A stretch of DNA of 64,000 nt from Polyangiales bacterium (GTDB lineage Bacteria; Myxococcota_A; Polyangia; Polyangiales; JADJQN01). Position numbers and translations under genes: made by a program. The notes beneath the pieces are model-generated. The model saw nothing but the letters and a program-made list of their open reading frames with translations. It was not told the origin of the DNA and did not search any database. The stretch is taken from assembly GCA_964202905.1 (NCBI GenBank), contig CAXNJO010000001.1, forward strand, positions 416,001 to 480,000. Reading direction: 5' to 3'. Positions 48,153-59,519 of this stretch are shown here, one piece after another; position 1 is the first letter of the stretch; every line of letters starts with the position of its first letter.

Positions 48153-49976
48153 ATGACGGCGAATCTACGTCCGCTCGCATCCGCGCTCGCGATGGTGATG
48201 GTGTCCGGCACGCTCATGTCCGCGCCCGCGGCGGCCGACGAACCGCCGCCCGTGCGCACGGTGCGTTTCCGATTCCATCCGGTCGAGCGCGCGCAGGTCG
48301 CGCTCTGGATCGAGCGGGAGGGCGAGCCCTTCTTCCACACCGTGCGCCTCACGCAGGCCGTGGCGCGGCGCGGCATCGGCAACCGGCCGGGCGCCCTGCA
48401 GATGAACAGCGGATTCCGCTGGCCGTACGGCCGCCGCGAAGGCGCGCTCCCGGTGTGGGCGCATCGCCGCGTCGACGTGGGCGAGCAGGCGCCCTTCCGC
48501 CGCGTGATCTTCCGCGACCGCGTGAGCGAGGGCGCCGCGTCGCAGGCGCCGACGGGCCTGTTCCCCGGCGAGAGCTACCGCGACAACCCCGATGACTACT
48601 TCTGCCTCTCCTTCCGGCGCGAGCTGAGCGCGAAGGACGCCCTCGACGCCGTCGCCTGCGCGACGCTGTTCAACAGCGACAAGGGCCGCTACGCCACGGA
48701 AGACGACGTCTCCGCGAACTACGCGGAGCCCTTCGTCGACGACGCGGGGGCGCCCACGATGCGACCGCTCGGCGCAGACTCGCTCTATCCGCCGCGCCGC
48801 GACGTCACGTGCAGCCGCGGCGACGGCTGCGGCAACCACCCGGACGTCGGCCAGTACGTGGCGGATGCGCGCCGCGCGATGCCGGAGATCGACACCGCGA
48901 CCATCGCGACGCTGCCGAGCCAGGAGTACAGCTTCCCCTTCCAGATCCCCGCGGATTGGGCCGATGGCGCGTACGTCGCCTACCTCGAGGTCAACACCGA
49001 GGGCGACTACAACGCGCAGTACAACGACCGCACGCACCCGACGCCGGTGACGCCCACGGGCCTGTGGGACTACTGGGCGCAGAGCTACGGCTACGCCTAC
49101 CGCGGGCAGCCCTCGGTCGTGTACCGCGTGCCCTTCACGGTGGGCGCCGACGAGGTCCAGACGACGGCCGAGCCGATGGCCTACAGCGCGGTGAACGGCA
49201 CGGACGGCGAGATGCGCGCGATGACGGACGGCGTGATCACCGACGATCCGGTGGGCGCCCCCGGCAGCGGCGCCGACCGCGTCTACCTCGCCGGGGACGG
49301 CTGGCGGTTCCGCGTCGAGGTGACCTCCCCCGCGTTCTGCGAGGGCAACCAGGCGCCCGCGCCGATCACCGACTTCACGGCCGCGCCCGTCGACGACGAC
49401 GTGCACTCGCACGAGTGGGCGACGCTGACCTTCTCGGTCCCCTTCGAGGACAAGGCGATCGATCGCTTCGAGGTCCGCGTCAGCACGACGCCGATCACCG
49501 ACGAGCCGAGCTTCCTCGCGGGCCAGCCCGCCAACGCGGCCTCGCTCGAGGACGTCGCGCTCGAGGTGCCGACGACGGGCACGACGGGCGACCGCGTGCG
49601 AGTGACGCTCGGCGGGCTGACACCGCAGGCGCGCTTCTACGTGGGCGTCCGGGCCGTCGACGCGTGCGGGCAGGCGGGCCCGATCGCGACGAGCGAGGTG
49701 CACACCACCGCGATCAACTTCACCGTCGTCTCGCCGTGCTTCGTCGCGACGGCGGCGTGGGGCAGCCCGCTCGCCACGGAGATCGGCGCGCTGCGGCGCT
49801 TCCGCGATCGCCACCTGCTGACGAACGCGCCCGGTCGCTCGTTCGTGCGCGCGTACTACGCCGTCGGCCCCACGCTCGCCGGCGTCGTCGGGCGCCACGA
49901 CGGACTGCGCGCCGCCGTGCGCGCGGTGCTCGGGCCGGTCGTCGACGCCGCAGGTGTCCTCGACGGCGAACCGTGA
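48153..49976 (+). CDS. Secreted protein: DUF2271-like N-terminal region, FN3-like domain and C-terminal CFI-box-CTERM domain
   Basis: Signal peptide (AAA|DE); QVALWIE..G.FF.T and DG.YVAYLEVNTEGD; FN3-like GLTPQARFYVGVRAVD; CFVATAAWGS..EIGALRRFRD..L...GRSFV.AYY.VGP. Confidence 0.7.
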   Translation: MTANLRPLASALAMVMVSGTLMSAPAAADEPPPVRTVRFRFHPVERAQVALWIEREGEPFFHTVRLTQAVARRGIGNRPGALQMNSGFRWPYGRREGALPVWAHRRVDVGEQAPFRRVIFRDRVSEGAASQAPTGLFPGESYRDNPDDYFCLSFRRELSAKDALDAVACATLFNSDKGRYATEDDVSANYAEPFVDDAGAPTMRPLGADSLYPPRRDVTCSRGDGCGNHPDVGQYVADARRAMPEIDTATIATLPSQEYSFPFQIPADWADGAYVAYLEVNTEGDYNAQYNDRTHPTPVTPTGLWDYWAQSYGYAYRGQPSVVYRVPFTVGADEVQTTAEPMAYSAVNGTDGEMRAMTDGVITDDPVGAPGSGADRVYLAGDGWRFRVEVTSPAFCEGNQAPAPITDFTAAPVDDDVHSHEWATLTFSVPFEDKAIDRFEVRVSTTPITDEPSFLAGQPANAASLEDVALEVPTTGTTGDRVRVTLGGLTPQARFYVGVRAVDACGQAGPIATSEVHTTAINFTVVSPCFVATAAWGSPLATEIGALRRFRDRHLLTNAPGRSFVRAYYAVGPTLAGVVGRHDGLRAAVRAVLGPVVDAAGVLDGEP

Positions 49977-50194
49977 CGCGCGCGCGGACTGCGGTCGCAG
50001 CGGGCCTCGCGCTGCTCTGCCTCGCGGCGGGCTGCGTGCACGTCGCGCCGTACGAGCGCGAGCACCTGGCGCGGCCGAGCATGGACTTCTCGCGAGAAGG
50101 CAGGGAGATCGCCTTCCGCTCGCACGTCCACGAGTCGCGCGAGGGCGCGATGGGTGGCAATGGCGCGGCCGGCGGCGGCTGCGGCTGCAATTGA
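49973..50194 (+). CDS. DUF4266-family small lipoprotein
   Basis: Lipobox AAGC, VAPYERE.LA, SREGA.GG.G..GGGCGCN C-terminus. Confidence 0.9.
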   Translation: MTRARTAVAAGLALLCLAAGCVHVAPYEREHLARPSMDFSREGREIAFRSHVHESREGAMGGNGAAGGGCGCN

Positions 50195-51426
50195 GCACGC
50201 CCCGCCCACACACCGCGCGCGCGGGTGACTGCGACGACCGGGCGCGCCATCGCGTGCTGCATGCCGCGCTGCTCGTCGGTGCAGCCGTGCTCGCGCTCGT
50301 CGGCGTGCGCGCCCTCGGCGCCCGCGCAGACGAGTCCACGGGCACCTGGACGGGCGCGGTCGAGACGCGCGGCAACTACTACTGGGAGCGCTCGACGCGC
50401 GTCTACGCACCGGCGGTGCACGGCGAGCTCGCATCACCGGACGGCGTGCGCCTCTCGGTCGACTACCTGGTCGACGCGATCACGAGCGCGAGCGTCGCGG
50501 CGGGCGTCAACGCGGACGTGCGCTTCACCGAGATCCGGCACGACGTCGGCGCGGGCGTCGGCTACGAGTTCTCGCTCGGCGACGACGCGAAGTTCCTCTC
50601 GACGCTGCGCCTGCGCTGGAGCGAGGAGCCCGACTACACCTCGCGCGCGGTGAGCCTCTCGAACCAGCTCGCCCTCGACGACCGCTCCACGCTGCTCACG
50701 CTGAACGCGAGCTTCCTCTTCGACGACGTGCGCCAGCGCGTCATGGGCGGCCCGCGCATGGGCGTCTACGACGTCGGCGACCGCGCAGGGCTCCTGCAGG
50801 ACGACGCGTGGGACGTCGACTTCAACGTCGCCTCTCTCACGCTCGGCCTCACGCAGACGATCTCGCCGACGGTCCTGCTCGACGTCGGCTACGACTTCGC
50901 GCAGCTCGACGGCTACCAGAACAACGTCTACCGGCAGGTGCCCGTCGCCGGCACGCCGCGCCCCGAGAACCACCCGCTCGCGCGGACGCGCCACGCGCTC
51001 TACGCGCGGCTCGCGTGGTACGTGCCGGCCTCGCGCACCTCGCTGCACGCGCTGCTGCGCGGCTACCTCGACTCCTGGGACATCGCCGCGATCACGCCGG
51101 AGGCACGCCTCTATCAGGAGATCTCCAGCCTCGCGCAGCTCCGCCTGCGGTACCGCTTCTACGCGCAATCGCGCGCGTACTTCTACCGCGCCGACAGCAC
51201 CGACTACGCCTCGGACGACGTCTTCGTCAGCGCCGACCCGAAGATGAGCGCGTTCCGGAGCCACCTCGCGGGCGCGCAGCTCTCGCTCGGGCTCGACTTC
51301 CTCGAGGGCTCCGGGCTCGACTTCGCGCGCGGCGGATCCGTCGACTTCGGCATCGACTACCTCTGGCAGACGAGCCGCTTCGGCAACGGCGTCATCGCGC
51401 AGATGGGCCTGCGCGTCCCGTTCTGA
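50191..51426 (+). CDS. DUF3570-family outer-membrane beta-barrel protein
   Basis: YLVDAITSAS, SEEPDYTS, GYQNNVYR, ENHPLART, YLDSWDI, RYRFYAQ, DPKMSAF, terminal F. TTG start overlaps the DUF4266 stop; true start may be slightly downstream. Confidence 0.85.
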   Translation: MSTPRPHTARAGDCDDRARHRVLHAALLVGAAVLALVGVRALGARADESTGTWTGAVETRGNYYWERSTRVYAPAVHGELASPDGVRLSVDYLVDAITSASVAAGVNADVRFTEIRHDVGAGVGYEFSLGDDAKFLSTLRLRWSEEPDYTSRAVSLSNQLALDDRSTLLTLNASFLFDDVRQRVMGGPRMGVYDVGDRAGLLQDDAWDVDFNVASLTLGLTQTISPTVLLDVGYDFAQLDGYQNNVYRQVPVAGTPRPENHPLARTRHALYARLAWYVPASRTSLHALLRGYLDSWDIAAITPEARLYQEISSLAQLRLRYRFYAQSRAYFYRADSTDYASDDVFVSADPKMSAFRSHLAGAQLSLGLDFLEGSGLDFARGGSVDFGIDYLWQTSRFGNGVIAQMGLRVPF

Positions 51427-51454
51427 CAACACGGTTGCGACTGCAACCGCGTTG
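51427..51454. terminator. Hairpin between convergent genes (possible bidirectional terminator)
   Basis: CAAC-A-CGGTTGC-GACT-GCAACCG-C-GTTG inverted repeat; no U-tract. Confidence 0.5.
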
Positions 51455-51456
51455 CA

Positions 51457-52404
51457 TCAACCCAGGTCGTGCGCGGCGGTGACTGCGGCCTCGAGCGAGG
51501 CGGGCAGCGGCGCTTCGACGCGCACCTCGCGCCGCGTGACGGGATGCGTGAACCGCAGCGACGCTGCGTGCAGGAAGTGCCGCGACAGCCCGGGCACCGC
51601 GGGCCCGCCGTACAGCCGATCCCCCGCGAGCGGGTGCCCCGCGGCCGCGAGGTGCGCGCGGATTTGGTGCCGCCCGGCGACCGGCGCCTCGACGCGCACG
51701 CGCGTGAAGCCGCCGACCGTCTCGGCCTCGACGACGTGCGTGATCGCGTCGCGCGCGCGGAGGCGCACGGCGTCGCGCTCCTCGACGCAGGCGAGCACGC
51801 GGCGCGGATCACGCGGGTGCGTCGCGAGCGGGAAGGCGAGCGTCGTCGGCGCGCCGAGCGCCCCCTCGACCAGCGCGACGTAGCCCTTCGCGAGCGTGCC
51901 CTCGCGCAGCGCCTCGCGCAGCGCCTCGAAGGTCTCCGCGTCGCGCGCCGCGAGCAGGACACCGGACGTGTCCGTGTCGATGCGGTGCACCAGCCCCGGC
52001 TCGCGCGCGCGGTAGCCGACGCCCGCCATCTCCGGGTAGCGCGCGACCAGCGCGTTCGCGACGGTGCCGAGCTCGTCGGGGCGCAGCGGGTGGCACGGCA
52101 CGCCCGCGTCCTTGTCGACGACGACGAGGTGCGCGTCCTCGTGGAGCACGCGCAGCGGCAGCGCTGGATCCGGGCGCGCCGCGAACGCGCTCGGCACCGG
52201 GCGCTCGGCGAGCGTCACGACGTCCCCCGCCTCGACGACGGCGCCCTTGCGCGCGCGGCGGCCGTTGACGCGGACCTTGCCCTCTTCCGTCAGCAGGCGC
52301 GCCGTGCTGCGGCTCATGTCCGGCGTGCGCCGCACGAGCACCAGGTCGAGGCGCGCGCCCGCGTCCTCGTCGCCGACCGTGAACGAACCTGCGTCTTCCG
52401 TCAC
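51457..52404 (-). CDS. RluA/RluD-family pseudouridine synthase with S4 domain
   Basis: RLD..L, VVDKDAG, VHRIDTDTSGVLL, GRHQIRAHLA..GHPLAGD.LYG, FLHA. Confidence 0.92.
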   Translation of the reverse strand: MTEDAGSFTVGDEDAGARLDLVLVRRTPDMSRSTARLLTEEGKVRVNGRRARKGAVVEAGDVVTLAERPVPSAFAARPDPALPLRVLHEDAHLVVVDKDAGVPCHPLRPDELGTVANALVARYPEMAGVGYRAREPGLVHRIDTDTSGVLLAARDAETFEALREALREGTLAKGYVALVEGALGAPTTLAFPLATHPRDPRRVLACVEERDAVRLRARDAITHVVEAETVGGFTRVRVEAPVAGRHQIRAHLAAAGHPLAGDRLYGGPAVPGLSRHFLHAASLRFTHPVTRREVRVEAPLPASLEAAVTAAHDLG

Positions 52405-52513
52405 GCGCGACGTCTCGCACGCGGCGGAAGGCCGCGCCACCCGCACGCTGGCGTGCCCTGCGACGACTCGGACCTTTGCTCGCGGCGGCGACGCTCTTAT
52501 GCTCTGAGGCCCG

Positions 52514-53629
52514 ATGCCTGCACGGCGCGATTACTACGACGTCCTCGGCGTCCCACAGGAAGCGTCCGCGGAGGACCTCAAGCGCGCCTATCGCAAGAAG
52601 GCGGTCGAGCTGCACCCGGACCGCAACCCCGGCGACGAGGCCGCAGAGGAGCGCTTCAAGGAGGCGAGCCAGGCCTACGCCGTGCTGAGCGACGTCGAGA
52701 AGCGGCGCCGCTACGACCGCATGGGCCACGAGGCGTTCACGACCTCCGGCGGGCCGAGCGGCGGCGCCGGCTTCGAGCCGACGGACTTCGGCGCGGTCAC
52801 CGAGATCCTCGAGGGGCTGCTCGGCGACGTCCTGCGTAGCGGCCGCGCGCGCAAGAAGCCGGGCAACGACGTGCGCCTCGACGTCACGGTGACGTTCGAG
52901 GAGGCGGCGCTCGGCGCCGAGAAGACCGTCGAGATCACGCGCCCCGCGCCCTGCGACGCGTGCAGCGGCACGGGCGCGGCGGAGGACTCGCGCGTCGAAT
53001 CCTGCGCGGCCTGCGGTGGCCGCGGCGAGCAGCGCCTGCAGCGCGGCTTCTTCGTCACGACGCGCCCCTGCGAGGCCTGCCGCGCGAGCGGCAAGCGCAT
53101 CGAGAAGCCGTGCCCGGCCTGCAAGGGCGGCGGCTCGATGCCGAAGACCGAGCCCTTGCTGATCCGCATCCCGCCCGGCGTCGAGGACGGCTCGGTCCGC
53201 ACGGTGCGCGGCGCGGGCGAGCCGTCTCCCAACGGTCCGGGAGACCTGCACGTCCACGTGCTGATCGCGCCGCACCCGGTCTTCACGCGCAAGAGCGCCG
53301 ACGTGCACTGCACGGTCCCGGTGGCCTACCCGCAGGCCGTGTTCGGTGCGCAGATCGACGTCCCGACGCTCGAGGGCAGCGTGAAGATGAAGCTCCCCGC
53401 AGGCTCGCCCTCGGGCAAAATCTTCCGCCTGCGCGGCAAGGGGATCCAGGTCTTCGGCGGCGTCGGCAAGGGCGACCAGCTCGTGCGCGTCGTCGTCGAC
53501 GTGCCCGAGCCGGAGCAGCTCTCGAAGAACGCGCGCCGCCTCGTCGAGGAGCTCGCGAAGGAGCTCGGCGAAAAGCCGCTGAGCGCGCAGAGCGGGCTCA
53601 TCGGAAGGATCCGGGGCCTCTTCGAGTGA
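52514..53629 (+). CDS. dnaJ: Molecular chaperone DnaJ (class A, zinc finger)
   Basis: J domain with HPD, four CxxCxxxG motifs, C-terminal domain. Confidence 0.9.
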   Translation: MPARRDYYDVLGVPQEASAEDLKRAYRKKAVELHPDRNPGDEAAEERFKEASQAYAVLSDVEKRRRYDRMGHEAFTTSGGPSGGAGFEPTDFGAVTEILEGLLGDVLRSGRARKKPGNDVRLDVTVTFEEAALGAEKTVEITRPAPCDACSGTGAAEDSRVESCAACGGRGEQRLQRGFFVTTRPCEACRASGKRIEKPCPACKGGGSMPKTEPLLIRIPPGVEDGSVRTVRGAGEPSPNGPGDLHVHVLIAPHPVFTRKSADVHCTVPVAYPQAVFGAQIDVPTLEGSVKMKLPAGSPSGKIFRLRGKGIQVFGGVGKGDQLVRVVVDVPEPEQLSKNARRLVEELAKELGEKPLSAQSGLIGRIRGLFE

Positions 53630-54927
53630 CGCTCGATCTCTCGCGGCTCGACCGCGCGCTCGCGGACGCCGACCCGCTGCGCGTCGAGGGGCGTGTGCGC
53701 GCGCTGGTCGGGCTCGGGATCCGCGCGGCCGTGCCCGGCGTGCGGGCCCGCGAGGTGGTCGAGATCGCGCGCCGCGGTCGCGCGCCGTTGCTCGCAGAGG
53801 TCGTCGGCTTCGTCGAGGACGACGCGATGCTGATGCCGCTCGGCGCGGCGGACGACGTCGGCGCCGACGATCCGGTGCGACCGACGGGCCGCCCCTTCTC
53901 GGTGCGCGTCGGGCCCGCGCTGCTCGGCCGCGTCCTCGACGGACTCGGCGCGCCCATGGACGGCGGCCCGCCGCCCGAGGGCGAGCTGCGCGCGGTCATG
54001 CGGCCGCCGCCCGATCCGCTCACGCGCGCGCGCATCGTCCGCCCGCTCGCGCTCGGCGTGCGTGCGCTCGATGGCCTGCTCACCGTCGGCGAAGGGCAGC
54101 GCATCGGGCTCTTCGCGGGGTCGGGCGTCGGCAAGTCCACGCTCCTCGGGCAGATCGCGCGGCAGGCCGAGGCCGACGTGATCGTCGTGTGCCTGATCGG
54201 CGAGCGCGGCCGCGAAGTCCGCGAATTTCTGGAGGATTCACTCGGCGAAGAGGGGCGCCGCCGCAGCGTCGTCGTCTGCGCGACGAGCGACGCGCCCGCG
54301 CTCGTGCGCCTCGAGAGCGCCTACGTCGCGACCGCCATCGCCGAGTGGTTCCGCGATCGCGGGCAGCGCGTGCTGCTCCTCATGGATTCGGTGACGCGCT
54401 TCGCCCGCGCGGGGCGCGAGGTGGGCCTCGCCGCGGGGGAGCCGCCGGCGCGGCGCGGCTATCCGCCGAGCGTGTTCGCGGCGCTGCCCGGCCTGCTCGA
54501 GCGCAGCGGCACGGCCGCGCACGGCTCGATCACCGCGTTTTACACGGTGCTCGTCGAAGGCGGCGACCTCGAGGAACCCATCGCCGACGAGGTGCGCGGC
54601 ATCCTCGACGGACACGTCGTGCTCGATCGCGCGCTCGGCGCGCGCGGTCGCTGGCCCGCCATCGACGTGTTGGCCTCGCTCTCGCGCGTGATGGACGCGG
54701 TGACGAGCGAGCCGCACCAGCGCAGCGCGCGCGCCCTCCGCGAGACGCTCGCGCTCTGCGAGGAAAAGCGCGACCTCGTCTCGCTCGGCGCCTACAAGAA
54801 GGGCAGCGACGCGCGCCTCGACCGCGCCCTCGCGAAGCTCGACGCGATCGAGGCGTTTCTTCGCCAGGGGCGCCACGAGCGCGCGCCCTTCGCCGAGACG
54901 ATCGCCGCGCTCGGCAAGCTCGCATGA
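53626..54927 (+). CDS. FliI/YscN (SctN) family type III export ATPase, orphan
   Basis: LLGRVLDGLG, GEGQRIGLFAGSGVGKSTLL, LIGERGREV, LLMDSVTRFARA.RE.GLAAGEPP..RGYPPSVF, EPIADEVRGILDGH, GAYKKGSD. Confidence 0.9.
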   Translation: MTLDLSRLDRALADADPLRVEGRVRALVGLGIRAAVPGVRAREVVEIARRGRAPLLAEVVGFVEDDAMLMPLGAADDVGADDPVRPTGRPFSVRVGPALLGRVLDGLGAPMDGGPPPEGELRAVMRPPPDPLTRARIVRPLALGVRALDGLLTVGEGQRIGLFAGSGVGKSTLLGQIARQAEADVIVVCLIGERGREVREFLEDSLGEEGRRRSVVVCATSDAPALVRLESAYVATAIAEWFRDRGQRVLLLMDSVTRFARAGREVGLAAGEPPARRGYPPSVFAALPGLLERSGTAAHGSITAFYTVLVEGGDLEEPIADEVRGILDGHVVLDRALGARGRWPAIDVLASLSRVMDAVTSEPHQRSARALRETLALCEEKRDLVSLGAYKKGSDARLDRALAKLDAIEAFLRQGRHERAPFAETIAALGKLA

Positions 54928-56138
54928 GCCGCGACGCACACGCCGGGCCGCGCCTCGACGCGGACGTGATCGTCGTCGGCGCGGGGCTCTCGGGGCTCTC
55001 GGTCACCGTCGCGCTGCTCGACGCGGGGCTGCCCGCCGATGCGCGCGTGCTGCTCGTCGACCCGCGCACGACGCTCGACGGACACGACCGCACCTGGTGC
55101 TTCTTCGACGTCGCGCCGCACCCCTTCGCGGACGCCGTCGCGCACCGCTGGCCGCGCTGGCACGTGCGCCACGGCGGCCGTGACCTCGCGCTCGCGAGCC
55201 CCGGCCTCACCTACTGCCACATCCCCGGCGCGCGCTTCTACGAGCGCGCCCTCGCGCGCCTCGACGCGGCCGGTCCGCGCGTCGCGCTGCGCCTCGGCGT
55301 GCCCGCGACGCACCTCGACGACCTCGGCGATCACGTCGTCGTGCACACGCCCGAGGGCCCGCTGCGCGCGCGTCTCGCCCTCGACTCGCGCCCGCCCGCG
55401 CTCCCCGCGCGCCCGCCCTCCGAGCACGTGCGCCTGCTGCAACACTTCCGCGGCCGCGTCGTGCGCGCGGACACCGCGGCCTTCGACCCCGGGCTCGCGA
55501 CGCTGATGGACTTCGACGTCGACGCGTCGCACGGCATCCACTTCGTGTACGCGCTGCCCTTCGACGCGCGCACTGCGCTCGTCGAGAGCACGTTCTTCAC
55601 GCCCTCGCTGCTGCCCGAGGACGTCTACGAGCGCGCGATCGACGCGTGGCTCGCCGCGCGCAAGCCCGGCCACGCGTTCGAGACGGTGTCGCGCGAGCAC
55701 GGCGTCATCCCCATGACGACGGAACCCTTCGACGCCTGGCCTCGCCCGCGCATCGTGCGCATCGGCACCGCGGGCGGCCACGCGAAGCCCTCGACGGGCT
55801 ACGCCTTCCTCGCCGTGCAGCGCTTCGCGCGGGCCTTCGCACCCCGTGTGCTGCGCGCCCTGCGCGACGGCGGCCCGGCGACGCCGCCCGAGGTCCGCAG
55901 CGCGCGCACCACCGCGCTCGACACCGTGTTCCTCTCCTACCTCGCGCGACGCCCCGCGCGCGCCCCGCAGAACTTCTTCCACCTCTTCGAGCGCGTGCCG
56001 CCCGACGTGCTCGTGCGCTTCCTCTCCGACGCCGCCTCGCTCTCCGACGATCTGCGCGTCATGAGCGCAGGCGATCTCCCGCGCCTCTCGCTCGAGACCG
56101 CGCGGACGGCCCCGCTCCTCCGCAAGCTCGCGCGCTGA
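54924..56138 (+). CDS. crtY: Lycopene cyclase family protein (CrtY/CrtL type)
   Basis: DVIVVGAGLSG, DRTWCFF, LQHFRG, LMDF, FVYALPF, LVESTFF, E.GVIPM, GTAGG.AKPSTGYAF. Confidence 0.85.
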   Translation: MSRDAHAGPRLDADVIVVGAGLSGLSVTVALLDAGLPADARVLLVDPRTTLDGHDRTWCFFDVAPHPFADAVAHRWPRWHVRHGGRDLALASPGLTYCHIPGARFYERALARLDAAGPRVALRLGVPATHLDDLGDHVVVHTPEGPLRARLALDSRPPALPARPPSEHVRLLQHFRGRVVRADTAAFDPGLATLMDFDVDASHGIHFVYALPFDARTALVESTFFTPSLLPEDVYERAIDAWLAARKPGHAFETVSREHGVIPMTTEPFDAWPRPRIVRIGTAGGHAKPSTGYAFLAVQRFARAFAPRVLRALRDGGPATPPEVRSARTTALDTVFLSYLARRPARAPQNFFHLFERVPPDVLVRFLSDAASLSDDLRVMSAGDLPRLSLETARTAPLLRKLAR

Positions 56139-57215
56139 ATCACCATTCAGTCACGCACCGAACGCCACACCCCGACCCGCGCACCGCGCCCCCACGACGC
56201 ACGGACCCCGCCATGTCGCTGCTCGACCGCCTGCTCCAACCCCGCACGCTCCTGCACTTCGGCCGCACGCCCGCCTCCGACCCGCCCGCGTGGGCGCACG
56301 CGGCCGAGCCCGACTGGGTCCAGGCGAGCCCCGTCCGCATCGCCCGGGCCCTCGCGCACGCCTGCGCGCTGCCGTCCGGCGGCTGGTACGTGCTCGGCGC
56401 CTCGCGCCTCGTGACGACGGTCCCGACGCGTCACGTCGTCGATGGCCGCGAGCTCGTCGCGTGGCGCGGCGGAGACGGCGTCGCGCGCGTCGCGCCCTCC
56501 ACGTGCCCGCACATGGGCGCGGACCTCGCGTGCGGGCGCGTCGAGGCGAACAGCCTCGTGTGCCCGTGGCACGGGCTCGCGCTCGGCGACGCGCCCCACG
56601 GCCGCTGGCGCCCATGCGCCGCGCACGACGACGGCGTGCTCACCTGGGTGCGCCTCGGCGCGCCCGGCGAAGCGCTCACCGATGCGCCGATCCTCGCGCC
56701 GCGCCCGTCACGCTTCCTCGACGGCGTCATCCGCATCGACGCCGACTGCGAGCCCGCGGACGTGCTCGCGAACCGCCTCGATCCCTGGCACGGCGCCTGG
56801 TACCACCCGCACTCGTTCGCGCGCCTCCGCGTGCTCGAGGAGCGCGAGGAGGTCGTCACGGTGCGCGTGAGCTTCCGCGTGCTCGGCCCGCTCGCGGTGG
56901 AGGTCGACGCGACCTTCCACTGCCCCGATCCGCGCACGATCGTGATGACCATCATCGAGGGTGAGGGTGTGGGCAGCGTCGTCGAGACGCACGCGACGCC
57001 CCTCGCGCCCGGCCGCACCGCGATCATCGAGGCGACGCTCGCGACGAGCGAACGCGCGGGCTTCCTGGGCATGCTGGGCGCCCGCGACCTCGTGCGCCCG
57101 CTCATCGAGGCGCGCGCGCGGCGCCTCTGGGTCGAGGACACCGCCTACGCGGAGCGCACCTACGCGCTCCGCAGGGCCGCGGGCGACGCGGACAACGCCG
57201 GGCGCACGGCCGACC

Positions 57216-58708
<1,493 letters not shown>

Positions 58709-58712
<4 letters not shown>

Positions 58713-59434
58713 GGCTTCCTCGCGAGGAAGCTGTGCACGATGCCGCGCTGCCAGCCGTCCATCGGCTCGGTGTGCACGTCGACGAAGCCGTGCCGGCGCA
58801 GGCGCGCCTCGAACGCGCGCACGCCGTCGAACTCGTTCACGCTCTGGCGCAGGTACTTGTAGATGTCGGTGTGGCGCGCCGTGAGCATGCCGCCCGGGAT
58901 GATCACGGTGCTCGCGACGACGTTCCACAGCAGGCGCGTGCGGCGCCGATCCGCGACGGAATACTCGTGGAAGCAGAGCGTGCCGCCCGGCCGCAGGAGC
59001 GCGAAGAGGTTGTCGAGGCAGCGATCGGGGTCGGGGACGTTGCGGATCCCGTACGCCATGAGGATGGCGTGGTACGTCCCCGCGACGCCCGCGGCGGTGG
59101 GGTCGGTCGCGTCGCCGAGGTGGAAGGAGACGCGCGCGAGCGCGTCCTTGCGACGCGCCTTCTCGAGCATGCCCTCCGACGCGTCGAGCCCGACGAGCTC
59201 CGCGTGCGGATACGTCCGCGCGAGCGCCTCGGTCGAGAGGCCCGTCCCGCAGCAGAGGTCGAGGATGCGGCCCTCCGCCGGGGCCCGCAGTCGCTCCGCG
59301 CTCCAGCGCAGATGCTTGAGATAGCCGGGGTTCATCCCCGTCAGCAGGTCGTAGGTCGAGGCGATGTGATCGAACGCGGAGGGCACGTGGGCCTTCTCCG
59401 CACCGCGCGCCTCACTCACCGGGATCGTCGTCAT
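58709..59434 (-). CDS. Class I SAM methyltransferase (CrtT-like)
   Basis: FDHIASTYDLLTGMNPGY, LDLCCGTGLST, MAYGIRN, HEYSV, GWQRGIVHSF; stop overlaps the crtU start. Confidence 0.8.
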
Positions 59435-59519
59435 GGGCTCACTCTCTCCGTCGCATGCGCGGGGACTCTCACCGGATCGCGTCGCTGGGGCCCCGCGCCC
59501 CGCACGCCACACACCGCAC

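Noticed and set aside
53626..54927. F1 ATP synthase beta subunit
   Set aside because: The motifs (FAGSGVGKS, MDSVTRFARA, GEPP..RGYPPSV) are FliI/SctN-type, and no atp genes are adjacent.
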